The notes: generated by a model from the letters alone, not told the origin. 64,000 nucleotides of DNA from Chitinophagales bacterium (GCA_947452995.1 CANGEV010000002.1:1172-65171), one strand, 5' to 3'. Counted from the stretch's first letter, positions 45,779 to 56,145 are shown. Translations and numbers: made by a program.

Positions 45779-48382
45779 TTGAAAAGGCTTGTACTTTTTA
45801 TTGGACTTTGGCTTTTGATTGTAACGAGCCTTCCTGTCGTTGCACAAACCTATTCGCCTATAACCTTGAGTGGTTTTAATGAGGACGTAATTGCGGAGGC
45901 CATTGCTGCCACTGCGACTACCACCGCTTCAATGGATTTAACTAATCATATTCAATATTCACAAGCTTTTGCAACTGCCGCAGGAATTGCAGGCGGTCTG
46001 CCGAATACTGGGACTGTAGTAAGCGGTACACGCACCTATCAGTTTGCACCATATACGGCTAATAACACCTTTCATATTACGACTACCGCTCCGCAAACAA
46101 TGACACTAGCGACGCCAGCACGTTTTACAAAACTAAGTATCATGGGCTTGTCGACGGAAGGTTCTACTACTATTTCTGCTACCGTTAATTTTACAAATGG
46201 TACAAGCACTACGTTTAATTCCATCAACGTACAAGACTGGTTTAACGGTACTAGCGCTGTATTATGTTGCTATGGACGGACTACAAGGGTCGCTTCTGGC
46301 AATACTGCGGATGGCTTACCGAATAATCCTAATCTGTATCCAATGGATATTAATTTGTCTTGTACGGATATGCGTAAATTTGTGCAGTCGGTGACAATTA
46401 ACATTACCTCTACTTCCGGATCAAATGCCAGCGCTTATTTGTATGCATTGTCAGGGGTGGCCTATAACTTTAGTTTGAATGCAGTCGTTAACAACACAAA
46501 TTGTAGCTCAACAACTGGTAGTATTGCACTCACGCCTTCTGGAACGGGTTCTCCGTTTACTTACGCTTGGAATACAACGCCGGCACAAACTACCGCAACT
46601 ATAAGTAATCTAGGCGCTGGCAGTTATACTTGTACGATTACAGATCTTAATCTTTGTGTGGATACGATCTTCACCGCAAGTATTAATGCGGCAGGCTCTC
46701 CATTGCCTGTTACTGTAAATCCTACTGCTTTCACTATTTGCAAAAGTGATTCAGTTCAACTCACAGCCTCTGGTGCTTCAGGGTATAATTGGTCGCCAAG
46801 TACGGGGCTCTCTAATACAAGCGGAGCAGTGGTGCGAGCAAAGCCCTTGGTAACAACCACCTATACGGTTACGGAGTCGAGCTCAGGTTGTAGTGGTTCT
46901 ACTACGGTTGTAGTGACTGTTGTAAGTCGTCCACAACTCGTTTTTAACAAAGATACTTTCCGCATTTGTTTGGGTGATATGGTGAACGTGACCGTTCATG
47001 GTGCGAATACCTATACCTGGTCGCCAACTACTAACTGGGCTCCATATACTATGGATAGCGTTTTAGTGTACCCAACTACCAACACTAATTATGTCGTAAC
47101 AGGGGTGATCGCGACGGGTTGTTGGACAAAAGACACCATTACAGTTTTAGTTAGTCCGAAGCCGGTCCTTACCTTGACAAAACACTTCGATACCATTTGC
47201 GGTTCAGGCTCACGTACCTTTACTGTGGGCGGTGCAACAAGCTATGTGTGGTCGCCAATAACGGGATTGAATAATAGCACTGCGGCTACCGTTACCGCCA
47301 CACCAACTATCACAACCAACTATATTGTAACCGGTAGCACCAATGGCTGTGCGGTAAAAGACTCTGTATTGCTTTCTGTTTTTGCTAATCCAACAGTGAC
47401 AGTGAGTCCGGCTAATACATCTGTATGCGCCAATCAAGGCGTTACCCTCACGGCATCAGGTGCGCTTACCTATACATGGACCCCTACATCTACTTTGTCA
47501 GCAAGTACAGGTGCGACCGTAATCGCCAAAACGGCTACTACAACGACTTATACTGTTACTGGTAAAGATATTCATGGTTGTAAAAGTGGAGCAAACGCAT
47601 TTATAAACATTACACCGACGCCAACTGCGAATTATACCTTAGCTAAAAACACACTATGCCTTGGTGAGTCCGTATTGTTTAATTTCATTGGTTCTGCTCC
47701 TGCCGGCTCTACCTATACTTGGTCTCCGCCAATGTATTTGAGTAGCACAAGTATCGCATCGCCAACCTGCACGCCAAACTTCGCTACGAACTATACGGTA
47801 ATTATTGCTTCGCCAATTGGATGTGCCGATACAGCGCAAGTTCAAGTGAATGTGAGTATGCCGCCTTATTTAACCTTTACGCCTGTTGATACAAATGTTT
47901 GCATAGGCTCTCCTGTGGCGATCAACTCAAATAACGTATACAGCTATGTTTGGGGAAGTTCTTCGGCCTACAACTTGAGCTGTTATAATTGTTATAATCC
48001 AGTTGTAACGCCGAATGTGACGGGTTTGATTGCAATACCTGTGGTCGCTAGTAACGCGTATAATTGCACTACGATTGATACCTTCTTCTTCCATGTCAAC
48101 GATGCGTGTTTGAACTTGGAAATGCCGAGTGCATTCACGCCTGGAAATGGTGATGGGATCGATGATTATTTGAAGCCATTGGGGGACGCTAAATTGAAGG
48201 AATTAAAAATTTTCAATCGTTGGGGTAATTTGATTTTCTCTACTGACGATCCGCATACCGCAGGATGGGATGGAAGCTATAATGGCATGCAACAAGAAAT
48301 CGGTGTTTATGTGTGGTATATGATTTTTGAAACGCCATTCAAAACGGTTACTAAAAAAGGTAATGTCACCTTATTGCGTTAG
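45779..48382 (+). CDS. T9SS-secreted adhesin-like protein: novel N-domain, one SprB repeat, six Ig-like repeats, type-B (CHU_C/gliding-associated) C-terminal domain
   Basis: TTG start with a signal peptide. SprB-type repeat NCSSTTGSIALTPSGTGSPFTYAWN...GSYTCTITD. C-terminal domain SAFTPGNGDGIDDYL...IFNRWGNLIF...GWDGSYNG...GVYVWY...GNVTLLR. Confidence 0.8.
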   Translation: MKRLVLFIGLWLLIVTSLPVVAQTYSPITLSGFNEDVIAEAIAATATTTASMDLTNHIQYSQAFATAAGIAGGLPNTGTVVSGTRTYQFAPYTANNTFHITTTAPQTMTLATPARFTKLSIMGLSTEGSTTISATVNFTNGTSTTFNSINVQDWFNGTSAVLCCYGRTTRVASGNTADGLPNNPNLYPMDINLSCTDMRKFVQSVTINITSTSGSNASAYLYALSGVAYNFSLNAVVNNTNCSSTTGSIALTPSGTGSPFTYAWNTTPAQTTATISNLGAGSYTCTITDLNLCVDTIFTASINAAGSPLPVTVNPTAFTICKSDSVQLTASGASGYNWSPSTGLSNTSGAVVRAKPLVTTTYTVTESSSGCSGSTTVVVTVVSRPQLVFNKDTFRICLGDMVNVTVHGANTYTWSPTTNWAPYTMDSVLVYPTTNTNYVVTGVIATGCWTKDTITVLVSPKPVLTLTKHFDTICGSGSRTFTVGGATSYVWSPITGLNNSTAATVTATPTITTNYIVTGSTNGCAVKDSVLLSVFANPTVTVSPANTSVCANQGVTLTASGALTYTWTPTSTLSASTGATVIAKTATTTTYTVTGKDIHGCKSGANAFINITPTPTANYTLAKNTLCLGESVLFNFIGSAPAGSTYTWSPPMYLSSTSIASPTCTPNFATNYTVIIASPIGCADTAQVQVNVSMPPYLTFTPVDTNVCIGSPVAINSNNVYSYVWGSSSAYNLSCYNCYNPVVTPNVTGLIAIPVVASNAYNCTTIDTFFFHVNDACLNLEMPSAFTPGNGDGIDDYLKPLGDAKLKELKIFNRWGNLIFSTDDPHTAGWDGSYNGMQQEIGVYVWYMIFETPFKTVTKKGNVTLLR
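46709..48103 (+). repeat. six tandem protein-level modules of about 77 aa inside the adhesin gene (each C...Y-x-W-x-P...T-x-Y-x-V-T...GC)
   Basis: Read from the translation. The modules begin at TVNPTAF, VFNKDTF, TLTKHFD, TVSPANT, NYTLAKN and TFTPVDT. The DNA copies are diverged. Confidence 0.6.
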
Positions 48383-48431
48383 ATTTTTTATGTGCAAGCG
48401 ATTAGGTATCTTGCGCGACTAATTTTTATTT

Positions 48432-49613
48432 ATGAAAAGAATTTTAACTATTCTGTTAGTGGGCGCTGCCTTGCAATTGCATGCCCAGGAGGCCGTTGTA
48501 GAGGCGCCGAGAACAATTACGGCAACTCCTTCGATTAAAATGAATCAAGCGCTTAGTGAAGATTCTGTAATTAGAATTCTTAGTGCCGATGATCCTCTTG
48601 GCATTGATGTCGAGTCGCTAGAAAATTATAAAGGGCCGCGTAGAATGAGCGACAGGAATTATAAATATACCACGGTCTCTCAAGAATTACGTCTGTCTAA
48701 TTTTCAAGAGGCCATTACCAAAGTAAGCGCATTTATCGCTGCGGAGAATTTTGATGTAACTTCTCAAAATCAGAATAACAGCTCGTTTACTGCTAATTTG
48801 GTCCTAACAAAGGAGCAGCTAGCAAAGTGGAATAGTTTCATTCTGACATTTGGATATCTTTCCATGAATAATATCAATGTGATTGATAATACCGCTAATG
48901 TAGAAGCTGCGATAGATAATCTTAACAATGCACAACGCCAGTTGAAAAATGCGAAGGAACGTTTAGCACAAACAAAAGTTGGTGATGAAAATTATAATAC
49001 GTATTTCGGCGATCGCAATAGTTGGGAATCGAATGTTCAAACCTATCGTCGCAATTTGAGAAATATTTTGACTACTAATAATTTAGCAACGGTTAGCCTG
49101 ACAATTATTGATGAGATGTATACGCCACAAGATACGCGTATAGCTTATGTAAACATGCCTGGGGTAGAATATTCCTATTTGAAAATAGATGAGCCCTTGG
49201 ATACGGTCTCAAATAGCGCTTATCAAGGTGTGTTGTTGAAATATGTTTTTACGCGTGGTAAAAGTTTTGCTAACCTAGGTGCGTATAAAACAACAGCTCC
49301 TGCTAGTCCGGATAGAAAACACTTTTCAGAAATGTTCATCTTCGGCTTCGGACAGGATTTTTATACGCGTCACTTTGGTCATGGTAATAATCGATTCTTG
49401 AACATGTACACTACTTATACTATTGGCGGATTACTGGCATCCAATGAAAGTAGAAAGCTGTTTTCGCCGTATATAGCCCCTGGCGTAGGCGTTGAGCTAT
49501 TTAAAAATAAGTATGTGTTGATTGATACGAAAGCTTCTTACTTTGTACCCTTTAAAGACGTACGTCATATGCGTGGCTTGAGCTTAAGCGCGTCCTTTAA
49601 CTTTGTATTCTAA
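48432..49613 (+). CDS. secreted hypothetical protein: DUF4349-like coiled-coil N-half plus a beta-rich C-half ending in Phe (outer-membrane-like)
   Basis: Signal peptide ...ALQLHAQE, a central coiled coil (AIDNLNNAQRQLKNAKERLAQTK), and the C-terminus ...LSLSASFNFVF. The family assignment is tentative. Confidence 0.45.
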   Translation: MKRILTILLVGAALQLHAQEAVVEAPRTITATPSIKMNQALSEDSVIRILSADDPLGIDVESLENYKGPRRMSDRNYKYTTVSQELRLSNFQEAITKVSAFIAAENFDVTSQNQNNSSFTANLVLTKEQLAKWNSFILTFGYLSMNNINVIDNTANVEAAIDNLNNAQRQLKNAKERLAQTKVGDENYNTYFGDRNSWESNVQTYRRNLRNILTTNNLATVSLTIIDEMYTPQDTRIAYVNMPGVEYSYLKIDEPLDTVSNSAYQGVLLKYVFTRGKSFANLGAYKTTAPASPDRKHFSEMFIFGFGQDFYTRHFGHGNNRFLNMYTTYTIGGLLASNESRKLFSPYIAPGVGVELFKNKYVLIDTKASYFVPFKDVRHMRGLSLSASFNFVF

Positions 49614-50536
49614 TGCAGGAAGATTTTATTTTATCCGTTCAACAGGCTGAGAAAAAATATGCGGAGCATATTGCCTTGGATAAGGTAAACTTGCAGGTGC
49701 CCAAAGGCGCTATTTATGGGTTGTTAGGACGAAATGGGGCAGGAAAAACTACCTTGATTCGTTGTGTAATGCAGCTGTTGATGCCTGATGCGGGTCACCT
49801 GTTTTTTGATGGAAAGCCTTTAACTAAAGCACATCAACATTTGATTGGCTATCTGCCAGAGGAGAAAGGTCTTTATACTGATATGTATGTGACGGAGCAC
49901 TTGCTTTATTTGGCCCGTTTGCGTGGGATGCCTAGAAAACAGGCTTTGCAAATTATTGAAGAGAAGTTGAATGCTTTTGGATTATCAGAATGGGCACAAC
50001 GTAAAATTAGTAAAATGTCGAAGGGGATGCAGCAGAAAGTGCAGTTTATAGCGGCCACCATGCATGCTCCACAGTTTTTAATACTAGATGAGCCCTTTAC
50101 AGGCTTAGACCCAGTGAATGCTGCCATGATGGAGCAAGAGATGAAGGCCTTTAAAGCACGAGGTTGTAGCATTCTTTTTAGCACGCATCGAATGGAACAG
50201 GTGGAAGACTTATGTGATGGAATTGCTTTGATTGACAAAGGAAAAAATGTGTTGCAGGGCGAAACGAATGAAGTACGCAGTCGCTATGGTACGAATCAAT
50301 GGAATCTAGCTTTCGACCAAGCTTTAGAGAAGGAGCACCCATTGTATGAACGCGTACAATGGGTGAACCAAGAGCAGCATAAAGGCTTTATTTCACTTGC
50401 ACCTGGAGAATCTCCCAAAGATGTATTGAAAGGCTTAATTGTTGCGCAGGCGTCTTTAAAATATTGGGAAGAGCGATTGCCGAGTATTGGGGAAATTTTT
50501 GTTGATTTAGTAGGTAAAGGAAATGATGAAAATTAA
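49613..50536 (+). CDS. ABC transporter ATP-binding protein (NatA/ABC-2 type)
   Basis: Walker A GRNGAGKTT, signature MSKGMQQK, and Walker B LILDEP. The start overlaps the upstream stop (TAATG). Confidence 0.88.
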   Translation: MQEDFILSVQQAEKKYAEHIALDKVNLQVPKGAIYGLLGRNGAGKTTLIRCVMQLLMPDAGHLFFDGKPLTKAHQHLIGYLPEEKGLYTDMYVTEHLLYLARLRGMPRKQALQIIEEKLNAFGLSEWAQRKISKMSKGMQQKVQFIAATMHAPQFLILDEPFTGLDPVNAAMMEQEMKAFKARGCSILFSTHRMEQVEDLCDGIALIDKGKNVLQGETNEVRSRYGTNQWNLAFDQALEKEHPLYERVQWVNQEQHKGFISLAPGESPKDVLKGLIVAQASLKYWEERLPSIGEIFVDLVGKGNDEN

Positions 50537-51839
50537 TTGGAACCGCATACGGCTAATCATTGCACGCGAATACATCACTCGTGTTCGCACACGAAGCTTT
50601 TTGCTGGGCACCTTTCTTGGTCCGCTGGGTATGCTTCTGTTTATGTTTGCCTTTGTGTGGGTGAGCATCGAAACCAAGTCGGTAACGAAGGTATTGGTGC
50701 TAGATGAAAGTGGTAAAATTCAAGAGCGCTTGCATGATAAAGATTATTTGTATTTCACGCCTGCAAAAGGCAGTTTGTCGGACGCTAAAGAGCGTTGTGA
50801 AAAAGAATCCTATGATGCTTTATTATATGTTCCGCAATGTGATATTGTTCAGCCACGCGGGATAAAGTTAATGGGTATACATACGCTGGGTAAGCAAGAA
50901 AAGGATCGCGTAAGTTATGCCTTGGATGCTGCCTTCGAGCAGGCACGACTGACGGAATTAAAAATTGATCAAGTGGTTTTTGAATCTATTAGTAAGAGTG
51001 TTCCAATTGAAGTACTAAGTAAAGAAGACGGTCAGGAGCATATCGGACGAACGGAAGTAGCGTACGGAGTAGGGTATATCAGTGCCATGTTGATGTATAT
51101 ATTATTATTGACCTATGGTATGCGGATCATGAATAGTGTGAATTCGGAAAAGAGTGGTCGAATAGTAGAGGTGATGTTGAGTGTTGTGGAGCCTTTTGAG
51201 TTATTGTTAGGAAAGATTGTTGCGATAGGAGCGTTAAGTATGACACAGTTTGCTGCCTGGGTATTTATGGGTAGTTGGGCTGAAATTGGGATCAGTATTT
51301 GGGCGCAAAGTAGATTGAAAGGTATGCCAATGGTCACGCCGCAAGCCGGTATGATGAATAGTGCGATGAATACAGGCGCGATACGTGTAACGGAGTTGAG
51401 TGGTGCCTTACAGGATATACATATTGGTCAAATTATTTTAGTGGTCGGAGTTTATCTGGTGTTGGGTTATTTGTTTTATTCAGCCTTATTTGCTGCGTTA
51501 GGCGCATTGAATAATGATGGAGAGGGTGGTGGAATACCGAGCTTTGTGGTGACGATGCCGCTTTTGGTATCCTTTTATATCAGCTTTCAAGCGGGAGGCA
51601 GTCCGAATGGTAGTTTGTCATTATGGGGCAGTTTAATTCCATTTAGCAGTCCGATAATCATGCCTACGCGATTAGCGTTTGATCCGCCTTGGTGGCAACT
51701 GTTGGTTTCTTTAGTGGCGTTAGTACTCAGTATTTTTGCTGCGATTTGGTTTGCTGCTAAGATTTACAAGGCGGGTATTTTGATGAGCGGTAAGCGCATT
51801 ACGATCAAGGAATTATGGCGTACTTTTAAGCAAAGCTGA
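50523..51839 (+). CDS. ABC-2-type transporter permease (NatB-like)
   Basis: 438 aa: one N-terminal TM helix, a large extracytoplasmic loop, then about 5 TM helices. 14-nt overlap with the ATPase gene. Confidence 0.78.
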   Translation: MMKINWNRIRLIIAREYITRVRTRSFLLGTFLGPLGMLLFMFAFVWVSIETKSVTKVLVLDESGKIQERLHDKDYLYFTPAKGSLSDAKERCEKESYDALLYVPQCDIVQPRGIKLMGIHTLGKQEKDRVSYALDAAFEQARLTELKIDQVVFESISKSVPIEVLSKEDGQEHIGRTEVAYGVGYISAMLMYILLLTYGMRIMNSVNSEKSGRIVEVMLSVVEPFELLLGKIVAIGALSMTQFAAWVFMGSWAEIGISIWAQSRLKGMPMVTPQAGMMNSAMNTGAIRVTELSGALQDIHIGQIILVVGVYLVLGYLFYSALFAALGALNNDGEGGGIPSFVVTMPLLVSFYISFQAGGSPNGSLSLWGSLIPFSSPIIMPTRLAFDPPWWQLLVSLVALVLSIFAAIWFAAKIYKAGILMSGKRITIKELWRTFKQS

Positions 51840-51922
51840 TAAATATCATTTTAAAAATGTCGCGGGTATTTTGAAATGCGTGGGAATAGCTTATTTTTGT
51901 CTTTCAAATTTCATTAACGATT

Positions 51923-52369
51923 ATGTCATCACACGAAACACATCATCACGATTCTGCGCCGAAGCCTAACGAATACAAGCGTAACATGCTTTTGGCGGTT
52001 GTTTATGGTTTAGCCATTTTGTTAGTAATCCGTTTGTTGGTAGGAAACCAAGACAAGAATATGGATTATAAAAACGAAAAGCATTTAGAAAGTTATAATT
52101 TTTCTCCTGCAGGTTCTTGGGGTGAAATGGCTGAAAACGCTATGAAGCAAGACGAGAACGGCGACTGGAAGAAGGCGGAATTCAATAATGGAACGCAGAT
52201 GGAAGAAGGTGGCTGTTGTGGCAAGTGCGGTATGGAGAAGGAGTGCGACGAGAAAGAAGGTAAATGTGATAATCCAGAAGCTTGCGAAAAGAAAGGCGAA
52301 GAAAAAACAGAGGCAGCTGCTGAAGAATCTCACAAAGCTGAGACTAAAGAACACAAAAATCATCACTAA
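51923..52369 (+). CDS. hypothetical membrane-anchored protein with a Cys/His/Glu-rich C-terminal region
   Basis: N-terminus MSSHETHHHD, one TM helix, the segment GGCCGKCGMEKECDEKEGKCDNPEACEKK, and a terminal KEHKNHH. Confidence 0.45.
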   Translation: MSSHETHHHDSAPKPNEYKRNMLLAVVYGLAILLVIRLLVGNQDKNMDYKNEKHLESYNFSPAGSWGEMAENAMKQDENGDWKKAEFNNGTQMEEGGCCGKCGMEKECDEKEGKCDNPEACEKKGEEKTEAAAEESHKAETKEHKNHH

Positions 52370-52461
52370 CACAAAGATTTGAGTTGAACATGCTGGTTCT
52401 CCACATTTATTTGTTAGAATTTAATAACAAATAAAATTTGGAAGAAGAGCAATACTCGACT

Positions 52462-52469
52462 TATATTTG
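52462..52469 (+). promoter_or_regulatory. candidate -7 box (TATATTTG) with a TTTG at 52437-52440 (-33-like)
   Basis: Both Bacteroidota promoter elements are present with 21-nt spacing. No ORF follows before the terminator at 52518-52552. Confidence 0.35.
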
Positions 52470-52517
52470 TGTCATCATAGCGGTTATATACCCATAACTC
52501 GCATGTGTGTTTGTCAT

Positions 52518-52552
52518 AGCTGCCTGGAGTAGTTGCCGGGCAGCTTTTTTTT
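52518..52552 (+). terminator. strong rho-independent terminator in noncoding DNA upstream of the DUF3467 gene
   Basis: 10-bp stem AGCTGCCTGG/CCGGGCAGCT (one G.U pair), an 8-nt loop, and T8. Confidence 0.65.
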
Positions 52553-52574
52553 ATCCAATTCCAACCCTTTTAAC

Positions 52575-52901
52575 ATGCAGAATCAAGAACAAGCGCCACA
52601 GGAAGGTCAATTGAATATTGAATTGACAGATGAGATTGCTGAAGGAACCTACAGTAATTTGGCTATAATCACGCACAGTCCATCAGAATTTATAGTTGAT
52701 TTCGTTAAAATGATGCCAGGAGTTCCGAAGGCAAAAGTGAAGAGTCGTATTATTTTAACGCCACAACATGCAAAAAGATTAATGAAAGCCTTGGCGGACA
52801 ACATACATAAGTATGAAAGTCAACACGGTACGATCAAAGATCCGGACGATGGAATGGGGGGGATCCCGATGAATTTTGGCGGTCCGGCAGCGATGGCCTA
52901 A
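52575..52901 (+). CDS. DUF3467-domain protein
   Basis: I chose the start MQNQEQ. LNIELTDEIAEGTYSNLAIITHSPSEFIVDFVKMMPGVPKAKVKSRIILTPQHAKRL matches the family as I recall it. The upstream 14 codons in the track overlap the terminator. Confidence 0.65.
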   Translation: MQNQEQAPQEGQLNIELTDEIAEGTYSNLAIITHSPSEFIVDFVKMMPGVPKAKVKSRIILTPQHAKRLMKALADNIHKYESQHGTIKDPDDGMGGIPMNFGGPAAMA

Positions 52902-52963
52902 AGAAAAAAAGAAAAAATAAACAAATATTTCCACGAAGTATTGTGAATGTGAAAGGAATATTC

Positions 52964-52971
52964 TACATTTG
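52964..52971 (+). promoter_or_regulatory. candidate -7 box (TACATTTG) for rpsL
   Basis: It matches TAnnTTTG and ends 21 nt before the rpsL ATG. Confidence 0.45.
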
Positions 52972-52992
52972 CAGTCCCAAAAAAAATTTGGA

Positions 52993-53400
52993 ATGCCTAC
53001 TATCAGTCAATTAGTAAGAAAAGGTCGTACGATTATTCGTACGAAATCTAAGTCAAGAGCCTTAGACAATTGTCCGCAACGTCGCGGTGTATGTACCCGT
53101 GTGTACACAACTACTCCTAAAAAGCCGAACTCTGCCTTGCGTAAGGTAGCTAAGGTTCGTTTGACCAACAAGAATGAGGTTATCGCCTACATTCCGGGTG
53201 AAGGTCACAACTTACAGGAGCACAGTATCGTGTTAATCCGTGGTGGTCGTGTTAAAGATTTACCGGGTGTACGTTATCATATCGTGCGTGGAGCTTTGGA
53301 TACTGCGGGTGTAAACAACCGTAAACAAAGCCGTTCTAAATATGGTACTAAGCGTCCTAAAGCAGGAGCAGCAGCTGCACCAGCCGGTAAGAAAAAATAA
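52993..53400 (+). CDS. rpsL: 30S ribosomal protein S12
   Basis: [12 protein letters not shown]...[12 protein letters not shown]. The start is the ATG at 52993, not the TTG at 52969. The protein ends in an Ala/Lys tail, [13 protein letters not shown]. Confidence 0.95.
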   Translation: MPTISQLVRKGRTIIRTKSKSRALDNCPQRRGVCTRVYTTTPKKPNSALRKVAKVRLTNKNEVIAYIPGEGHNLQEHSIVLIRGGRVKDLPGVRYHIVRGALDTAGVNNRKQSRSKYGTKRPKAGAAAAPAGKKK

Positions 53401-53425
53401 TTCTAACAAATAACATAGCTAGATA

Positions 53426-53893
53426 ATGCGTAAGAAAAAAGCTCCCAAAAGATATTTGGCTCCGGATCCAAAGTTTAACGATCCGATGGTAACCCGTTTC
53501 ATCAATGTTTTGATGTTGGACGGTGCAAAGAGCGTAGCTACACGTCTTTTTTATGATGCCATGGAGGTAATCGAGAAAAATAATAGTGAAGCTAACGGAT
53601 ACGAAGTTTGGAAAGAGGCGTTGAGTAACGTTTCTCCAAGCGTAGAAGTTCGCTCTCGTCGTGTAGGTGGTGCTACTTTCCAAATCCCTACTGAAGTTCG
53701 TCCAGAACGTAAAATCAGTTTGGCTATGAAGTGGATTGTTCGTTACACTCGTGAACGTAATGGTCGCAGCATGGCGGAGAAATTGGCAAATGAATTAACA
53801 GCAGCAGCAAAGAAGGAAGGTTCTTCTTACAAAAAGAAAGAAGATACACACCGTATGGCTGAGGCTAACAAAGCATTCGCTCACTTCAGATAA
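53426..53893 (+). CDS. rpsG: 30S ribosomal protein S7
   Basis: MRKKKAPKR..., and EVRSRRVGGATFQIP. Confidence 0.95.
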   Translation: MRKKKAPKRYLAPDPKFNDPMVTRFINVLMLDGAKSVATRLFYDAMEVIEKNNSEANGYEVWKEALSNVSPSVEVRSRRVGGATFQIPTEVRPERKISLAMKWIVRYTRERNGRSMAEKLANELTAAAKKEGSSYKKKEDTHRMAEANKAFAHFR

Positions 53894-54003
53894 AATTCAT
53901 AGATTCTTAACTTTCTCGTTCTTTATTTTTACGGTCGGTCAGCTATCTTGCCAGACGAATTGTGGATGTAGAAAGGAAAGTTAAGAATCAAAATAAAATA
54001 ACA

Positions 54004-56145
54004 ATGGCTGACTTACGTTATCAGAGAAATTTCGGGATCGCTGCCCACATTGATGCGGGTAAAACAACGACTACAGAGCGTATCCTTTACTACACCGGTG
54101 TTTCTCACAAAATTGGAGAAGTACACGACGGTGCTGCTACCATGGACTGGATGGAGCAAGAGAAAGAGCGTGGTATTACCATCACCTCTGCTGCTACTAC
54201 CTGTTTCTGGCATTTCCCTACTATTCAGGGCCAGAAAGTAGCTAATACTAAGCAATACAAATTTAATATCATTGATACTCCGGGTCACGTAGACTTCACC
54301 GTTGAGGTAGAACGTTCTTTACGTGTATTGGACGGTTTAGTGGCTTTGTTCTGCGCCGTTTCTGGTGTTGAACCTCAGTCTGAGACGGTTTGGCGTCAAG
54401 CTAACCGTTACCGTGTACCGCGTATCGGTTTCGTAAACAAGATGGACCGTGCTGGTGCCGACTTCCTAAACGTGGTAAAACAAGTGAAGGAAATGTTGGG
54501 TGCTAAGCCTGTACCTTTACAATTGCCTATCGGAGCTGAAGATAGCTTCCGTGGTGTGGTTGACTTGATCACGATGAAAGGAATTATCTGGGATGAGTCT
54601 TCTCAAGGTATGAAATACCAAGAAGTGGCTATTCCTGAAGATATGCAAGAAGATGTAAACTACTGGCGTCAACACTTGGTTGAAGCTGTAGCTGAATACG
54701 ATGATAACTTGTTGGATAAATTCTTCACGGATCCTAACAGCATCACAGAAGATGAAATGCACGAAGCTATTCGTCGCGCTACAATCGATATCAGCATCAT
54801 CCCAATGATGTGTGGTTCTTCTTTCAAAAACAAAGGTGTTCAAACATGTTTGGATGCAGTAGTTCGCTACTTGCCTTCTCCATTAGATATTGATGCGATC
54901 AATGGTACTCACCCTGATACTGGTGAAGAAATCGTTCGTAAGCCAGATGCAAAAGAACCATTCTCTGCATTGGCATTCAAAATCATGACGGATCCTTTCG
55001 TGGGTCGTCTTGCATTCTTCCGCGCATATTCTGGTCATTTGGACTCTGGTTCTTATGTATTGAATACACGTACTGGTAAGAACGAGCGTATCAGCCGTAT
55101 CATGCAGATGCATGCGAACAAGCAAAATCCGGTTGATTTTATCGAAGCTGGTGATATCGGAGCAGCGGTAGGTTTCAAAGACATCAAAACGGGTGATACC
55201 CTTTGCGATGAAAAGAATCCTATCATCTTGGAATCTATGCAATTCCCTAATCCGGTTATCTCTATCGCGATCGAACCTAAAACGCAAGCAGATACAGATA
55301 AAATGGGTATGGCTTTGGCTAAATTAGCTGAAGAAGATCCTACCTTCCGTGTAAAAACGGACGAAGATACTGGTCAAACGATCATCTCGGGTATGGGTGA
55401 ATTACACTTGGAAATCATCGTTGATCGTATGCGTCGCGAATTCAAAGTAGAATGTAACCAAGGTGCGCCGCAGGTTGCTTATAAAGAAACAATCCTTAAC
55501 ACGATCTCTCACCGTGAGAACTTCAAAAAGCAATCAGGTGGTCGTGGTAAGTTCGCGGTTATCGAAGTTGAAATCGGGCCAGTTGATCATGAAAAAGGTG
55601 AAAAGGGCTTAGTATTCGTAAACGATATCTTCGGAGGATCTATTCCAAAAGAATTCGTGCCTGCAGTTCAGAAAGGTTTCGAACAAGCGATGAAAAATGG
55701 TGTGTTGGCAGGTTTCCCTGTTGATGACTTGAAAGTACGTTTGTTTGATGGTGCCTTCCACGCAGTTGACTCTGACTCAATGTCGTTTGAAATTTGTGCT
55801 CGTTATGCTTACCGCGAGGCTGCTCGTAAAGCAAAACCACAAATTTTGGAGCCTATCATGAAAGTAGAAGTTACTACGCCAGAACAATATATGGGTGAAA
55901 TCACAGGTGACTTAAACCGTCGTCGTGGTATGATTGAATCTATGGACAGCCGTAATAACTTGCAAGTAGTAAAAGCTAAAGTTCCATTAAGTGAAATGTT
56001 CGGCTACGTTACGCAATTGCGTTCTATGTCGTCTGGACGTGCTACTTCTGTAATGGAATTCAGTCACTACTCTCCAGTAAGCAATAATATCCAAGAGGAA
56101 ATCATTGCTAAAAACAAGGGTCGTATTAAAGAAATCGAAGATTAA
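54004..56145 (+). CDS. fusA: elongation factor G
   Basis: [18 protein letters not shown] (G1), DTPGHVDF (G3), and NKMD (G4). The start is the ATG at 54004. Confidence 0.95.
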   Translation: MADLRYQRNFGIAAHIDAGKTTTTERILYYTGVSHKIGEVHDGAATMDWMEQEKERGITITSAATTCFWHFPTIQGQKVANTKQYKFNIIDTPGHVDFTVEVERSLRVLDGLVALFCAVSGVEPQSETVWRQANRYRVPRIGFVNKMDRAGADFLNVVKQVKEMLGAKPVPLQLPIGAEDSFRGVVDLITMKGIIWDESSQGMKYQEVAIPEDMQEDVNYWRQHLVEAVAEYDDNLLDKFFTDPNSITEDEMHEAIRRATIDISIIPMMCGSSFKNKGVQTCLDAVVRYLPSPLDIDAINGTHPDTGEEIVRKPDAKEPFSALAFKIMTDPFVGRLAFFRAYSGHLDSGSYVLNTRTGKNERISRIMQMHANKQNPVDFIEAGDIGAAVGFKDIKTGDTLCDEKNPIILESMQFPNPVISIAIEPKTQADTDKMGMALAKLAEEDPTFRVKTDEDTGQTIISGMGELHLEIIVDRMRREFKVECNQGAPQVAYKETILNTISHRENFKKQSGGRGKFAVIEVEIGPVDHEKGEKGLVFVNDIFGGSIPKEFVPAVQKGFEQAMKNGVLAGFPVDDLKVRLFDGAFHAVDSDSMSFEICARYAYREAARKAKPQILEPIMKVEVTTPEQYMGEITGDLNRRRGMIESMDSRNNLQVVKAKVPLSEMFGYVTQLRSMSSGRATSVMEFSHYSPVSNNIQEEIIAKNKGRIKEIED

